Below the pieces are notes generated by a model. The model ran no database searches and was not told the origin of the DNA. It was given only the letters and a program-made list of their open reading frames with translations. Below are positions 1 through 8,843 of a DNA stretch of 64,000 nt, piece after piece. The translations under genes and the position numbers were made by a program. Position 1 is the first letter of the stretch. Each line of letters begins with the position of its first letter. The stretch lies in assembly GCA_013626165.1 (NCBI GenBank), contig NDHX01000002.1, forward strand, positions 639-64,638. Direction: 5' to 3'. The DNA comes from Candidatus Velesiimonas alkalicola. Its GTDB lineage: Bacteria > Omnitrophota > Gorgyraeia > Velesiimonadales > Velesiimonadaceae.

Positions 1-636
1 GTTTCTGAAAAAGACAGGGCGCTTATTCCAAATAAAAAGGTAAGGGTCATCCCTAATGGCGTAGATACAGAACTGTTCAAACCACAGAGCAAAGAATCTA
101 AGGAACCGGCGATTGTCTTTTCAGGAAATATGGGGTATTTCCCAAACGAAAGCGCCGTTATTTGGTTCGTAGAGAAATGTTTTCGGAGGATAAAAAAAGA
201 GATACCTGATGCGAAACTGGTAATAGCGGGAAATAACCCAAGCTCAAAGATAAAAAAATTAGGGGACAATCTTTCCATTTTTGTCACCGGGTTCGTAGAA
301 TCGATGGTGGATGAATTGAATAAGGCTCAGGTTGCCATTGCGCCCATGCAGTCAGGGTCAGGGATGCAGTTCAAAATTCTGGAGGCAATGTCATGTAATT
401 TGCCTGTTGTGACAACAACACTTGGTTTAGGTGATATCAAAGCAAGACCAGGAGAAGAGATTTGCGTGGCTGATACGGCGGAGGATTTTGCAGAAACAGT
501 TGTGACACTTATAAAGTCACCTGAAATGGCTGACCGCATAGGGAGAAAAGCTCGTGAGTTTGTTATGCATAACCACAGTTGGGAAAATGCTGCTTCCCAG
601 GTTGAAGAGATTTATAGTAGACTCCTGAAAGAATAA
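1..636 (+). CDS. glycosyltransferase family 1 (GT4-type), 5'-partial, continues upstream of window
   Basis: Frame 1 is open from nt 1 with no stop. The C-terminal GT1 domain sequence is present (FKILEAMSCNLPVVTT, E-x7-E region). The ORF-track entry 130..636 is only the internal-Met part. Confidence 0.7.
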   Translation, partial: VSEKDRALIPNKKVRVIPNGVDTELFKPQSKESKEPAIVFSGNMGYFPNESAVIWFVEKCFRRIKKEIPDAKLVIAGNNPSSKIKKLGDNLSIFVTGFVESMVDELNKAQVAIAPMQSGSGMQFKILEAMSCNLPVVTTTLGLGDIKARPGEEICVADTAEDFAETVVTLIKSPEMADRIGRKAREFVMHNHSWENAASQVEEIYSRLLKE

Positions 637-685
637 GGGACCAGGCTACTTTTTCGTAAGGGTGAATTAAGGTTCAAGGATTAAA

Positions 686-1030
686 ATGTTTTTGCTGAGC
701 ATTACTAAAAAAAAGCTGATTTTATTTCTTGTTGACGTAATAATTATTATTACTGCATCTTTTCTGGCTGCTTTTATCAGATTTGGTAGAGATGTCGGGG
801 TAATTTATCTCCAGGAGCATCTTTTTGTCTTCCTGCTAACCGGTATTGTCTTTCTTGTGTTCTTCTACATCGCTGACCTCTATGATGTCAAGAAAGATTT
901 TCACTCTCCTAAGTATGTAGGAGAAATTATCCTCAGTGGTGTTTTAACATTTATTATTTCTGGATTTCTGATTTATGGTTATCGGCTGGTGATGCCGGGA
1001 AGAGGGGGTCGGATGGATAGCGCCACCTAA
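686..1030 (+). pseudogene. N-terminal transmembrane fragment of a polysaccharide-biosynthesis membrane protein (WbaP/PglF-type TM region only, no catalytic domain)
   Basis: The 114-aa ORF is almost entirely hydrophobic helices and resembles the N-terminus of the PglF-like protein at 2745. It ends in a GC-rich stretch that runs into a GT1 C-terminal remnant in another frame. Confidence 0.45.
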
Positions 1031-1199
1031 TAATGTCAGTGCTTTTGTAAGTGCGGTTCTGGAGGCAGAATCCGATTCTGAGCGACTTGCGGCTATGGGG
1101 AGATGCGCACGTCTGTTAGTTGAAAAGGAATATTCAAGGGAGTGTGTTGTTGGATTATATAAAAGGCTGTTTGATAAAATGAACGAAAATACACAATAA
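993..1199 (+). pseudogene. C-terminal remnant of a GT1 glycosyltransferase (no start codon)
   Basis: Frame 3 is open from 993 and translates as ...GWIAPPNNVSAFVSAVLEAESDSERLAAMGRCARLLVEKEYSRECVVGLYKRLF..., a typical GT1 C-terminal helix region. A stop lies immediately upstream and there is no ATG. Confidence 0.45.
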
Positions 1200-1223
1200 A
1201 GAAAAAGAGAGAAAGGACATAGA

Positions 1224-2174
1224 ATGAATATATTGGTTACCGGAGCCAACGGTTTTGTCGGTCAAGCACTCTGCAAAAGGATGCTGGTTGACGGATACCA
1301 GGTGCGGGGAGCTGTCAGGGCCGTCACTCAAATGACGGCTCTGCCTTCAGGGGTTGAAGGGGCGATGGTCGGCGATATCAGCCCGGAAACTGATTGGTCT
1401 GAAGCACTGGATGGTATAGATGCTGTTGTTCATTTAGCGGCACGGGTGCATGTGATGGATGATACTGCTGCCGACCCCCTTGCCGCATTCAGGGAAGTCA
1501 ATGTTTTGGGGACCGAACGACTGGCGCGTATGGCGGCAAAATATGGTGTACGTCGTTTAATTTTTATTAGTTCAATAGGTGTAAACGGGGAATTTAGTTC
1601 GGAAATGCCGTTTAGTGAGAAAAATCTCCCAAATCCACATAATGCTTATGCTGTTTCAAAGTGGGAAGCTGAGCAGGTTTTACATGTTGTTTCAAAAAAT
1701 TCTGGAATGGAAGTTGTAATTTTGCGACCCCCTTTAGTTTATGGGCCGGATGCCCCGGGGAATTTCGCGAGGTTAATGCGCGTAATCAAAACCGGTTTGC
1801 CTCTGCCTTTTGGCAATATAAAAAGTTTACGCAGTTTTGTGTATATAGACAATTTAATAGACGCTATTATTACTTGTGTCACTCATCCACTGGCAGCAGG
1901 TGAGACTTTTATGGTAAGTGATGGGCAGGATGTGTCTACGCCGGATTTAATAAAGATGATTGCATCCGCGATGAATAAGAAGGTAATTTTATTTTCTTTG
2001 CACCCCGGTATTTTAAAGTCGCTGTGCAAAATTGCAGGTAAGGGAGAAGAGATGGAAAAATTAACAGGGTCTCTTCTTGTTGATAGCAGTAAAATCAGGA
2101 ATCTGCTTGGGTGGAAACCGCCTTTTACTCTTGAAGAAGGAATAAAGGAAACCGTCAAATACTATGAATCATGA
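1224..2174 (+). CDS. NAD-dependent epimerase/dehydratase (UDP-sugar 4-epimerase-like SDR)
   Basis: Has the Rossmann motif VTGANGFVG and the catalytic YAVSK (YxxxK). RBS aaagagagaaagg lies upstream. The first ~340 nt are clearly more GC-rich than the rest of the gene. Confidence 0.8.
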   Translation: MNILVTGANGFVGQALCKRMLVDGYQVRGAVRAVTQMTALPSGVEGAMVGDISPETDWSEALDGIDAVVHLAARVHVMDDTAADPLAAFREVNVLGTERLARMAAKYGVRRLIFISSIGVNGEFSSEMPFSEKNLPNPHNAYAVSKWEAEQVLHVVSKNSGMEVVILRPPLVYGPDAPGNFARLMRVIKTGLPLPFGNIKSLRSFVYIDNLIDAIITCVTHPLAAGETFMVSDGQDVSTPDLIKMIASAMNKKVILFSLHPGILKSLCKIAGKGEEMEKLTGSLLVDSSKIRNLLGWKPPFTLEEGIKETVKYYES

Positions 2175-2734
2175 TGAAGCGTATTTTTGATTTAACTACT
2201 GCAATTTTGCTATTGATTTGCTTAAGCTTGCCGTTGCTTGTACTTGCAATAATTATTAAATTGACCTCTTCCGGTCCAGTTTTATATTGGTCAGACAGGG
2301 TGGGTAAGAACAACACAATTTTTAAGATGTCCAAGTTCCGCACGATGCGGGTGGATACCCCGGCAGTTGCGACGCATCTTTTTAAGGATGCCGACCGCTA
2401 TCTTACGCCGATAGGTGCTTTTTTGCGTAAATTTAGTTTAGATGAATTGCCGCAATTATTTAACATAGTATCGGGTGATATGACATTTGTAGGACCAAGA
2501 CCGGCATTATTCAACCAGCACGATTTGATAGATTTAAGAACAAAAAAGAATGTCCATATAATAGTTCCGGGAATTACCGGATGGGCACAGATTAACGGGA
2601 GAGATGATATCCCTATCCCAATCAAAGTTAAACTTGACGAGTATTATTTAAAAAATAGAGGTTTTTTTTTGGATATCAAAATTTTATTCATAACGCTTTA
2701 TAAGGTTATAAAAAAAGAGGGAATATCTCATTAA
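2171..2734 (+). CDS. undecaprenyl-phosphate sugar phosphotransferase, small PglC/WbaP-C-terminal type (bacterial sugar transferase family)
   Basis: Single N-terminal TM helix followed by the conserved DELPQL...GPRP motif region. The start overlaps the upstream stop (ATGA). Confidence 0.8.
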   Translation: MMKRIFDLTTAILLLICLSLPLLVLAIIIKLTSSGPVLYWSDRVGKNNTIFKMSKFRTMRVDTPAVATHLFKDADRYLTPIGAFLRKFSLDELPQLFNIVSGDMTFVGPRPALFNQHDLIDLRTKKNVHIIVPGITGWAQINGRDDIPIPIKVKLDEYYLKNRGFFLDIKILFITLYKVIKKEGISH

Positions 2735-2744
2735 AATTGGTAAA

Positions 2745-4607
2745 ATGAAAATTAAAAATCTTATAAATAGTTATCGCCGGATTTTAATCATTATATTACA
2801 TCTCGGGATTATTGTATTGGCGTATTTCGCTGCGTTTTATTTGCGGTTTGATTTTAATTTTCCCAAAGAATATTTTCAAACGGTTATACCCAAAACCCTT
2901 CCGCTTTTGATTTTAATCAAACTTCTTTTCTTTTATTTTTTCGGGTTATATTCCGGTCTCTGGCGGTATGTCAGTACCCATGATTTGTGGAAAATTTTTC
3001 TTGCCAATGCCTTGTCATCTGTTGCTTTTTTCGGAGCGGTTGTGTTTTATCACGGGTTGCTCGGTTTTCCGCGTTCGGTGGTTATAATTGATTTTATATT
3101 ATGTTTTGGTTTTGTCTCGGGCGTCCGATTTTTTACCCGCCTTATCAGAGAACGGACAAAAATTGATTTTATTCAGAAAAAGAAAAAAGTTCTTATCGTC
3201 GGCGCCGGTGATGCCGGGGTTTCAATTTTAAGAGAGTGTATAAATAATCCGAAAATTGATTTTGAGGTCGCCGGTTTCGTTGATGACGACCCTGCCAAAA
3301 AAGGACACAATATCTACGGAGTGAAAGTTTTCGGCGGCAGAGAACATATTCCTAGGATTGCCGCTGATTTGGAAATTGATGAAATAATTCTGGCGCTCCC
3401 GTCAGTAAAAGGAGATGTTATCCGCGGGATACTTTCTTATTGCGAGCAGACGGATGCAAAAATAAAAATCATTCCCGGACTTGATAAAATCATCAGCGGA
3501 CATCTAGAATTAAGGCCCCGCAATGTCCAGCCGGAAGACCTTTTGGGAAGAAAGCCCGTAAACATAGATGAGACGGAAATCAGTTCATATCTTAAAAACA
3601 AAAGGGTTCTTGTTACCGGCGCCGGCGGCTCAATCGGTTCGGAATTGTGCCGCCAGATAACACGATTTTTTCCTGAAAAAATCGTGTTATTTGATAATCA
3701 CGAAAATTATATCCATTATCTCGGACTTGAGTTTAACTTAAAATATCCCGATATAAAATATAAGACCATCATCGGTGATATTAGAGATGTAGGTATATTA
3801 AGGCATGTTTTTACCGAACACAAACCGCAGGTTGTTTTTCATGCCGCCGCCCACAAGCATGTTCCGTTGATGGAGGATAATCCGGTCTCGGCGGTTAAGG
3901 TTAATATCATCGGAACAAGAAACCTTATTTATGCCTCAAACCATTATAAAGTTGAAAAATTTGTTTTAATTTCTACCGATAAAGCGGTAAATCCGACAAG
4001 CATAATGGGTGCGACGAAAAGAATCGCAGAGATGATATTACAGGCAAAGGCAAAAGTCAGCAAAACAAAATTTATTGCCGTTCGTTTCGGGAATGTTCTC
4101 GGCTCGTCGGGAAGCGTAATTCCTCTTTTCAAAAAACAGATTGAAGAGGGCGGGCCCGTTACCGTAACCCATCCGGATGTCCGAAGATATTTTATGAGTA
4201 TCCCGGAGTCGGCTCAATTGGTATTACAGGCAGGCGCTTTCGGCGCCGGCGGAGAAATTTTTATTCTGGATATGGGCGAGCAGATAAAAATAGTTGACCT
4301 TGCAAAAAATCTTATTGCTTTTTCGGGGCTTAAACTTGACAAAGATATTTCAATAAAATATATCGGACTTCGTCCGGGTGAAAAACTTTATGAAGAGATA
4401 CTTTTAGACAAAGAAAAAGATAAAATTACAAAACACAAAAAAATATATGTGACTGCTCCGGAAAATTTTGACCCCTCTAAAATCAGAAAAGATATAAGGG
4501 AATTGGAGCATCTTGCCATCATAATGGATGAAGAAAAAATCTTAAAAAAACTTAAAGAGATGGTGCCCAATTATGTCTCCCAGACCAACCATACAATCGG
4601 TAATTAA
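2745..4607 (+). CDS. membrane-bound UDP-sugar 4,6-dehydratase (PglF/CapD/WbpM family polysaccharide biosynthesis protein)
   Basis: Four N-terminal TM helices, two Rossmann folds (GAGDAGVS, VTGAGGSIGSEL), and a CapD-like catalytic region with YxxxK (MGATKRIAE). Confidence 0.85.
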   Translation: MKIKNLINSYRRILIIILHLGIIVLAYFAAFYLRFDFNFPKEYFQTVIPKTLPLLILIKLLFFYFFGLYSGLWRYVSTHDLWKIFLANALSSVAFFGAVVFYHGLLGFPRSVVIIDFILCFGFVSGVRFFTRLIRERTKIDFIQKKKKVLIVGAGDAGVSILRECINNPKIDFEVAGFVDDDPAKKGHNIYGVKVFGGREHIPRIAADLEIDEIILALPSVKGDVIRGILSYCEQTDAKIKIIPGLDKIISGHLELRPRNVQPEDLLGRKPVNIDETEISSYLKNKRVLVTGAGGSIGSELCRQITRFFPEKIVLFDNHENYIHYLGLEFNLKYPDIKYKTIIGDIRDVGILRHVFTEHKPQVVFHAAAHKHVPLMEDNPVSAVKVNIIGTRNLIYASNHYKVEKFVLISTDKAVNPTSIMGATKRIAEMILQAKAKVSKTKFIAVRFGNVLGSSGSVIPLFKKQIEEGGPVTVTHPDVRRYFMSIPESAQLVLQAGAFGAGGEIFILDMGEQIKIVDLAKNLIAFSGLKLDKDISIKYIGLRPGEKLYEEILLDKEKDKITKHKKIYVTAPENFDPSKIRKDIRELEHLAIIMDEEKILKKLKEMVPNYVSQTNHTIGN

Positions 4608-4908
4608 ATCCAAATTATTTAACTCCATAATTTATTATTTATTTATTTTTTTATTTTTTAGTGTTTCGTTGATTCCGTTTAATATTGTTTTTGATATTAA
4701 AATAGCGGGTGTCCCATTTCATTATATCTATATCGGTGGTTTAGCATCTTTGCTTGCAATTTTAAGTTTCTTGCAATATCCCCAATTGACATCTTTTGAT
4801 AAATGGTTGTTTCTTCTCGCAATAGGACTTTCTTTGAGTTTGCTCACAAGTATTGACCATGCACATTCTCTTCAAATGTTATTGCAGGTATGTTCAGTTT
4901 TAAGATAA
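4573..4908 (+). CDS. short polytopic membrane protein, possibly a truncated O-antigen ligase/polymerase-like fragment
   Basis: 111 aa, hydrophobic, at the end of the polysaccharide locus. There is no catalytic region, so the assignment is weak. Confidence 0.3.
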   Translation: MSPRPTIQSVIKSKLFNSIIYYLFIFLFFSVSLIPFNIVFDIKIAGVPFHYIYIGGLASLLAILSFLQYPQLTSFDKWLFLLAIGLSLSLLTSIDHAHSLQMLLQVCSVLR

Positions 4909-5032
4909 GAGAATATTTTCAAGTAAAAGAGGCGGCAAAAGAAGCGGCAAAGATAATCTTCTAAAGAATAGATGACAGGCAACGAGGCAACAGATGGCAG
5001 GTGTTCTGGTGCACTGGTGCCGAGGGGGAAAT

Positions 5033-5935
5033 ATGGGTAATTTATATGAACAGATAATAGATAATAAAATCCGTTCCTGGTTTTTGATTATTATATTTCT
5101 TATTATTGTCATTGGATTAGGATGGTTGCTTGGCAGACTTTCAGGAATGGGGTGGGGTGGGCTTATTATTGCATTTTTTATTGCATTTATAACCGGTATA
5201 TTCAGCTATTATTATAGCGATAAAATTGTTCTTGCAGTGTCAGGGGCTAAACCTGTTAAAAAAGAAGACTTTCCTTATCTTGTCCATACTGTTGAGGGGC
5301 TTGCAATTGCAGCAGGCGTTCCTACACCGGGTATATATTTTATTAAAACACAGGCTCCTAATGCATTTGCAACGGGAAGGGACCCGCAACACTCATCCAT
5401 TGCAGTTACAACAGGACTTCTTGAGAGACTCAACAGAAAAGAATTAGAAGGTGTTGTTGCACATGAGATGTCTCATATAAAGAATTTTGATATAAGGATA
5501 AGCACCCTTGCCTCAATCCTTGTAGGAACCGTAGCTATACTTTCAAGGTTTTTCTTGCAGAATCTCATCTGGGGAGGGGGTCGCAGGCGGGGCGGAGGAG
5601 GAGGAAGAGACGGTGGTTTGGGTGCGATACTTATAATAGTGGGAATAGTTCTTGCGATACTTACCCCTTTTATTGCTCAACTAATTCACCTTGCACTTTC
5701 AAGACAGAGGGAATTTCTTGCAGATGCATCCGGTGCAGAACTTACAAGATACCCCGAGGGGCTTGCAGGTGCATTGTTAAAAATATCTGCTGACTCTCAT
5801 TCTGTTGAAACCGCAAGCGAAGGCACTGCCCATATGTATTTTGCAAATCCGTTTGGAGCAGAAAAGAGAATTTTCCATCTTTTTAGCACACACCCTCCTG
5901 TTAAAGAAAGAATCAAAAGACTTAGAGAAATGTAA
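5033..5935 (+). CDS. htpX: zinc metalloprotease HtpX (peptidase M48) with a Gly/Arg-rich insertion
   Basis: HEMSHIKNFD (HExxH), TM helices, and the C-terminal THPP motif. Start chosen at MGNLYEQ (SD gaggggg upstream). The ORF-track start 4994 is probably too early. Confidence 0.85.
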   Translation: MGNLYEQIIDNKIRSWFLIIIFLIIVIGLGWLLGRLSGMGWGGLIIAFFIAFITGIFSYYYSDKIVLAVSGAKPVKKEDFPYLVHTVEGLAIAAGVPTPGIYFIKTQAPNAFATGRDPQHSSIAVTTGLLERLNRKELEGVVAHEMSHIKNFDIRISTLASILVGTVAILSRFFLQNLIWGGGRRRGGGGGRDGGLGAILIIVGIVLAILTPFIAQLIHLALSRQREFLADASGAELTRYPEGLAGALLKISADSHSVETASEGTAHMYFANPFGAEKRIFHLFSTHPPVKERIKRLREM

Positions 5936-6774
5936 TGTCTAAATACATAGACTCCCAGCATATTGCAGATGTTGTCTCTGGCCTGTCAAAGAAAGCAAAT
6001 CTTGTTCTAAGAGAAGATGCGGTTTTCTCATTTAACAAAGCAATAAAAAAAGAAAAAAATTCGCAAGCCAAACAGATTTTAAAGATACTTCTTGAAAATG
6101 CTCATTATGCAAAAGCCAATAATCTTGCAATGTGTCAGGATACGGGACTTGTCATTGTTTTTATCAGTTTAGGACAGGATGTGAGAATCAAAGGTGGATA
6201 TGTTCAGGATAAGATTCAAGAGTCTGTCCAAAGCATTTATAAGAGTTGTTTTTTCAGAGACTCTGTTGCAGAGCCTATAACAAGACAGAAAAGTAATGCA
6301 TCGGGTGTATTTATTCACTGGGATGTTGCAAAGGGCGATAAAATTGATATAAAGATTTTGATAAAAGGATTCGGAAGTGAGAATGCAGGTTCTGTTAAGA
6401 TGTTTTATCCTACAGCAGACAGAGATGAAATTATCCAGTGGATTGTCCGGTGTGTAGAGGATGCAGGCGGAAGACCCTGCCCTCCAGTGTTTTTAGGTGT
6501 AGGGATTGGCGGAACACAGGATGTTGCCTGTGTTCTTGCAAAACAGGCACTTACCGAAAGGATGGATAGATTTTCAGAATTGAAAAATATATCAGGATTA
6601 GAAAAACAGATATTTTCACAGATTAATAAAACAGGTATAGGACCTTTGGGATTGGGTGGAAGGACAACCTGCCTTGGTGTCAGAGTAAAGATTGCTCCAA
6701 CACATATTGCAGGACTTCCTGTGGCGCTGCAGATAGGTTGCCATGCGCTGCGTGGATGCCAGAAAACTATATAA
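5935..6774 (+). CDS. class I fumarate hydratase, alpha subunit (Fe-S hydro-lyase, TtdA/FumA N-domain type)
   Basis: Cys ligand motifs (CQDTG, GGRPCPP, LQIGC) and a length of ~280 aa typical of split class I fumarase. Confidence 0.8.
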   Translation: MSKYIDSQHIADVVSGLSKKANLVLREDAVFSFNKAIKKEKNSQAKQILKILLENAHYAKANNLAMCQDTGLVIVFISLGQDVRIKGGYVQDKIQESVQSIYKSCFFRDSVAEPITRQKSNASGVFIHWDVAKGDKIDIKILIKGFGSENAGSVKMFYPTADRDEIIQWIVRCVEDAGGRPCPPVFLGVGIGGTQDVACVLAKQALTERMDRFSELKNISGLEKQIFSQINKTGIGPLGLGGRTTCLGVRVKIAPTHIAGLPVALQIGCHALRGCQKTI

Positions 6775-6806
6775 CAAACCCTTGAGGTGAAAAGAGGTAT
6801 CAGTGG

Positions 6807-7352
6807 ATGGATATATTAAGTGGTAAAAGAATAATTCTTCCATTAAAATATTCTGTGGCAAAATCACTTAAAGCAGGACAATGGGTCAGGCTTACAGGCT
6901 ATGTTTATACTGTGAGAGATGCCGCTCACAAAAGACTTGCAAAGACAATAGAAAGGGGTAAAAAGATTCCAATACCCTTAAAAGAACAGATAATATACTA
7001 TACAGGACCTACGGCTTCGTTCAGTGGTCATATTATAGGTTCGTGCGGACCTACAACCTCATCCAGAATGGATAAATACACTCCTGTGCTTCTTGAAAAC
7101 GGGCTTGTAGGGATGATAGGAAAAGGAGAAAGGTCTGAACAGGTGAGGCTTGCAATAAAAAAATACAGGGCAATATATTTTGTTACATTCGGAGGGGCGG
7201 GTGCTTTTCTTTCAAGATTTGTGAAAAAATGCAATATTGCTGCATATCCTGACCTTGGGACAGAGGCAATATATAAGATTTTTTTTGAGGATTTTCCTGT
7301 TATGATAGGGATTGAAACTAATGGAAATTGTTTTAGCAACAAGAAATCTTAA
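6807..7352 (+). CDS. class I fumarate hydratase, beta subunit (Fe-S hydro-lyase beta/TtdB type)
   Basis: ~180 aa beta-subunit fold signature (GPTTSSRMD, FGGAGA) immediately downstream of the alpha subunit. Confidence 0.8.
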   Translation: MDILSGKRIILPLKYSVAKSLKAGQWVRLTGYVYTVRDAAHKRLAKTIERGKKIPIPLKEQIIYYTGPTASFSGHIIGSCGPTTSSRMDKYTPVLLENGLVGMIGKGERSEQVRLAIKKYRAIYFVTFGGAGAFLSRFVKKCNIAAYPDLGTEAIYKIFFEDFPVMIGIETNGNCFSNKKS

Positions 7353-7908
7353 AAAACTTCAGGAGTTAAAATCGCTTCTTAAAAATTTGGAGGTAAGAAT
7401 TTTAACCCTTAACGATTTTCCTAACATTCCTCAGACTGTAGAAGATGGAACTACTTTTGAAGAAAATGCCCTGAAAAAAGCAACGGAAGTTTGTAAATTC
7501 ACAAACCATTTTACCATCGCAGATGACTCAGGACTTGAGGTTGAAGGGCTGAACGGTGCACCCGGCATATATTCTGCACGGTTTGCAGGTGAAGGTGCAG
7601 ATGATAGAATGAATAATGAGAAACTTCTTTTTTCGTTAAAAGCAATGGAAGGAGAAAAAAGAAAAGCCCGTTATGTATGTGCCATAGCAATTGCTTTTCC
7701 GGACGGACATTATAAGGTTGTAAGAGGAGAATGCAAGGGTATTATTGCCCGCAGGTTGTCAGGCAGGTGTGGGTTTGGGTATGACCCTTTGTTTTTTCTT
7801 CCAAGGTATAACAAAACTATGGCACAGATTTCTCCGTCTTTGAAAAATAAAATAAGCCACAGAGCAATTGCATTAAGGAAGGCTTATAGACTTATTTCTA
7901 AAAAATAA
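7312..7908 (+). CDS. rdgB: non-canonical purine NTP pyrophosphatase RdgB/HAM1 (ITPase)
   Basis: VLATRNLKKLQEL start, DDSGLEV, FGYDP and HRA motifs. Length ~198 aa. Confidence 0.85.
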   Translation: MKLMEIVLATRNLKKLQELKSLLKNLEVRILTLNDFPNIPQTVEDGTTFEENALKKATEVCKFTNHFTIADDSGLEVEGLNGAPGIYSARFAGEGADDRMNNEKLLFSLKAMEGEKRKARYVCAIAIAFPDGHYKVVRGECKGIIARRLSGRCGFGYDPLFFLPRYNKTMAQISPSLKNKISHRAIALRKAYRLISKK

Positions 7909-7988
7909 CAGGCACAATTTTTTAAGTATTTAGATTTATAGGGGGCAGGCAGGGACAGATGAATAATAGAGACCTCGGCACCTAATAT

Positions 7989-8100
7989 AGTTTCCACTGA
8001 AAAACCATGGAAACTATTGATTACGGCGATTAAATTCAGATTACAGCGATTTTGTTTTGCCGGAATAATCTCCGTAATCTTTTGTGAAATCTCTGTAATC
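7989..8100. repeat. cluster of short inverted/direct repeats at the edge of the R-M island
   Basis: Inverted repeat agtttcca (7989-7996) / tggaaact (8008-8015). GATTACGGCGATT (8019-8031) and GATTACAGCGATT (8039-8051) match their reverse complements CCGTAATC (8072-8079) and CTGTAATC (8093-8100). Confidence 0.5.
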
Positions 8101-8454
8101 AAGTTATTACCGGGTTTTTCAGTAACTTAATATAACTCACAAAAGCAAAAATTATTATATCAGACAATTTATTGAAATAATCATATGAATAAACCCGAAG
8201 GTTATTTAAGAATTAGCAGACGAAGCGGGGTCATGCTGCAAAATCCATATCCGATGTATTTCTATCCCGATAATCTTTTGGAAAGCATAATTATTTTCCA
8301 AAAAAGAAAATTTGATTATAAATCTATTCCAAAAGAAACCAGAGGGGCTTCAAAAATTAACATAAAAGAATTTTCAGGATAATAAATGGTTTATGACTTT
8401 GTGGGATATGGTTAATGTGTTGATAGGCTCGATGAGCGATGCAGGAGATAAAAA

Positions 8455-8817
8455 ATGACTGAAAATATAGTTGGCAAGAGATACGATTTTCAAGTCGGTT
8501 GCGATAAAATTGACGAAAAATATTTTGAGTTTTATATTAGAGCAATATGCAAAATAACCAAAAGAACTTCCTGTATCAATAATCTCAATGCGGTATTATC
8601 TGAACTTCATACTGAACAAAAAGATGAGAATTACGATTCTGATCCGGAATACCTTGACTCAACATGGACTATCTTAGAAGAAAAAGCTAAAAAATTTACA
8701 AAAATAGCGGAAAACTTTCTTATCAGTTCAAGATTTGTGACTATCTTGAAAACAAATTGGATGATGACAGAAAAGAAGGAGAATGGGAGAACATTGTTGC
8801 AGAAAGTGGAGAAATAA
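8455..8817 (+). CDS. hypothetical protein, first gene of the R-M operon
   Basis: Good RBS (aggagat) and ATG. 120 aa with no recognisable domain. Sits directly upstream of the MTase. Confidence 0.4.
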   Translation: MTENIVGKRYDFQVGCDKIDEKYFEFYIRAICKITKRTSCINNLNAVLSELHTEQKDENYDSDPEYLDSTWTILEEKAKKFTKIAENFLISSRFVTILKTNWMMTEKKENGRTLLQKVEK

Positions 8818-8843
8818 AAGAATACGAAGATGAGGAATAATCA

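Noticed and set aside
327-539. Minus-strand 70-aa ORF inside the GT1 gene, and similar small antisense ORFs throughout the track
   Set aside because: They are embedded antisense to well-supported genes and have no independent evidence.
4994-5032. Earlier start for htpX
   Set aside because: The downstream Met has a strong SD (gaggggg) and matches the usual HtpX N-terminus.
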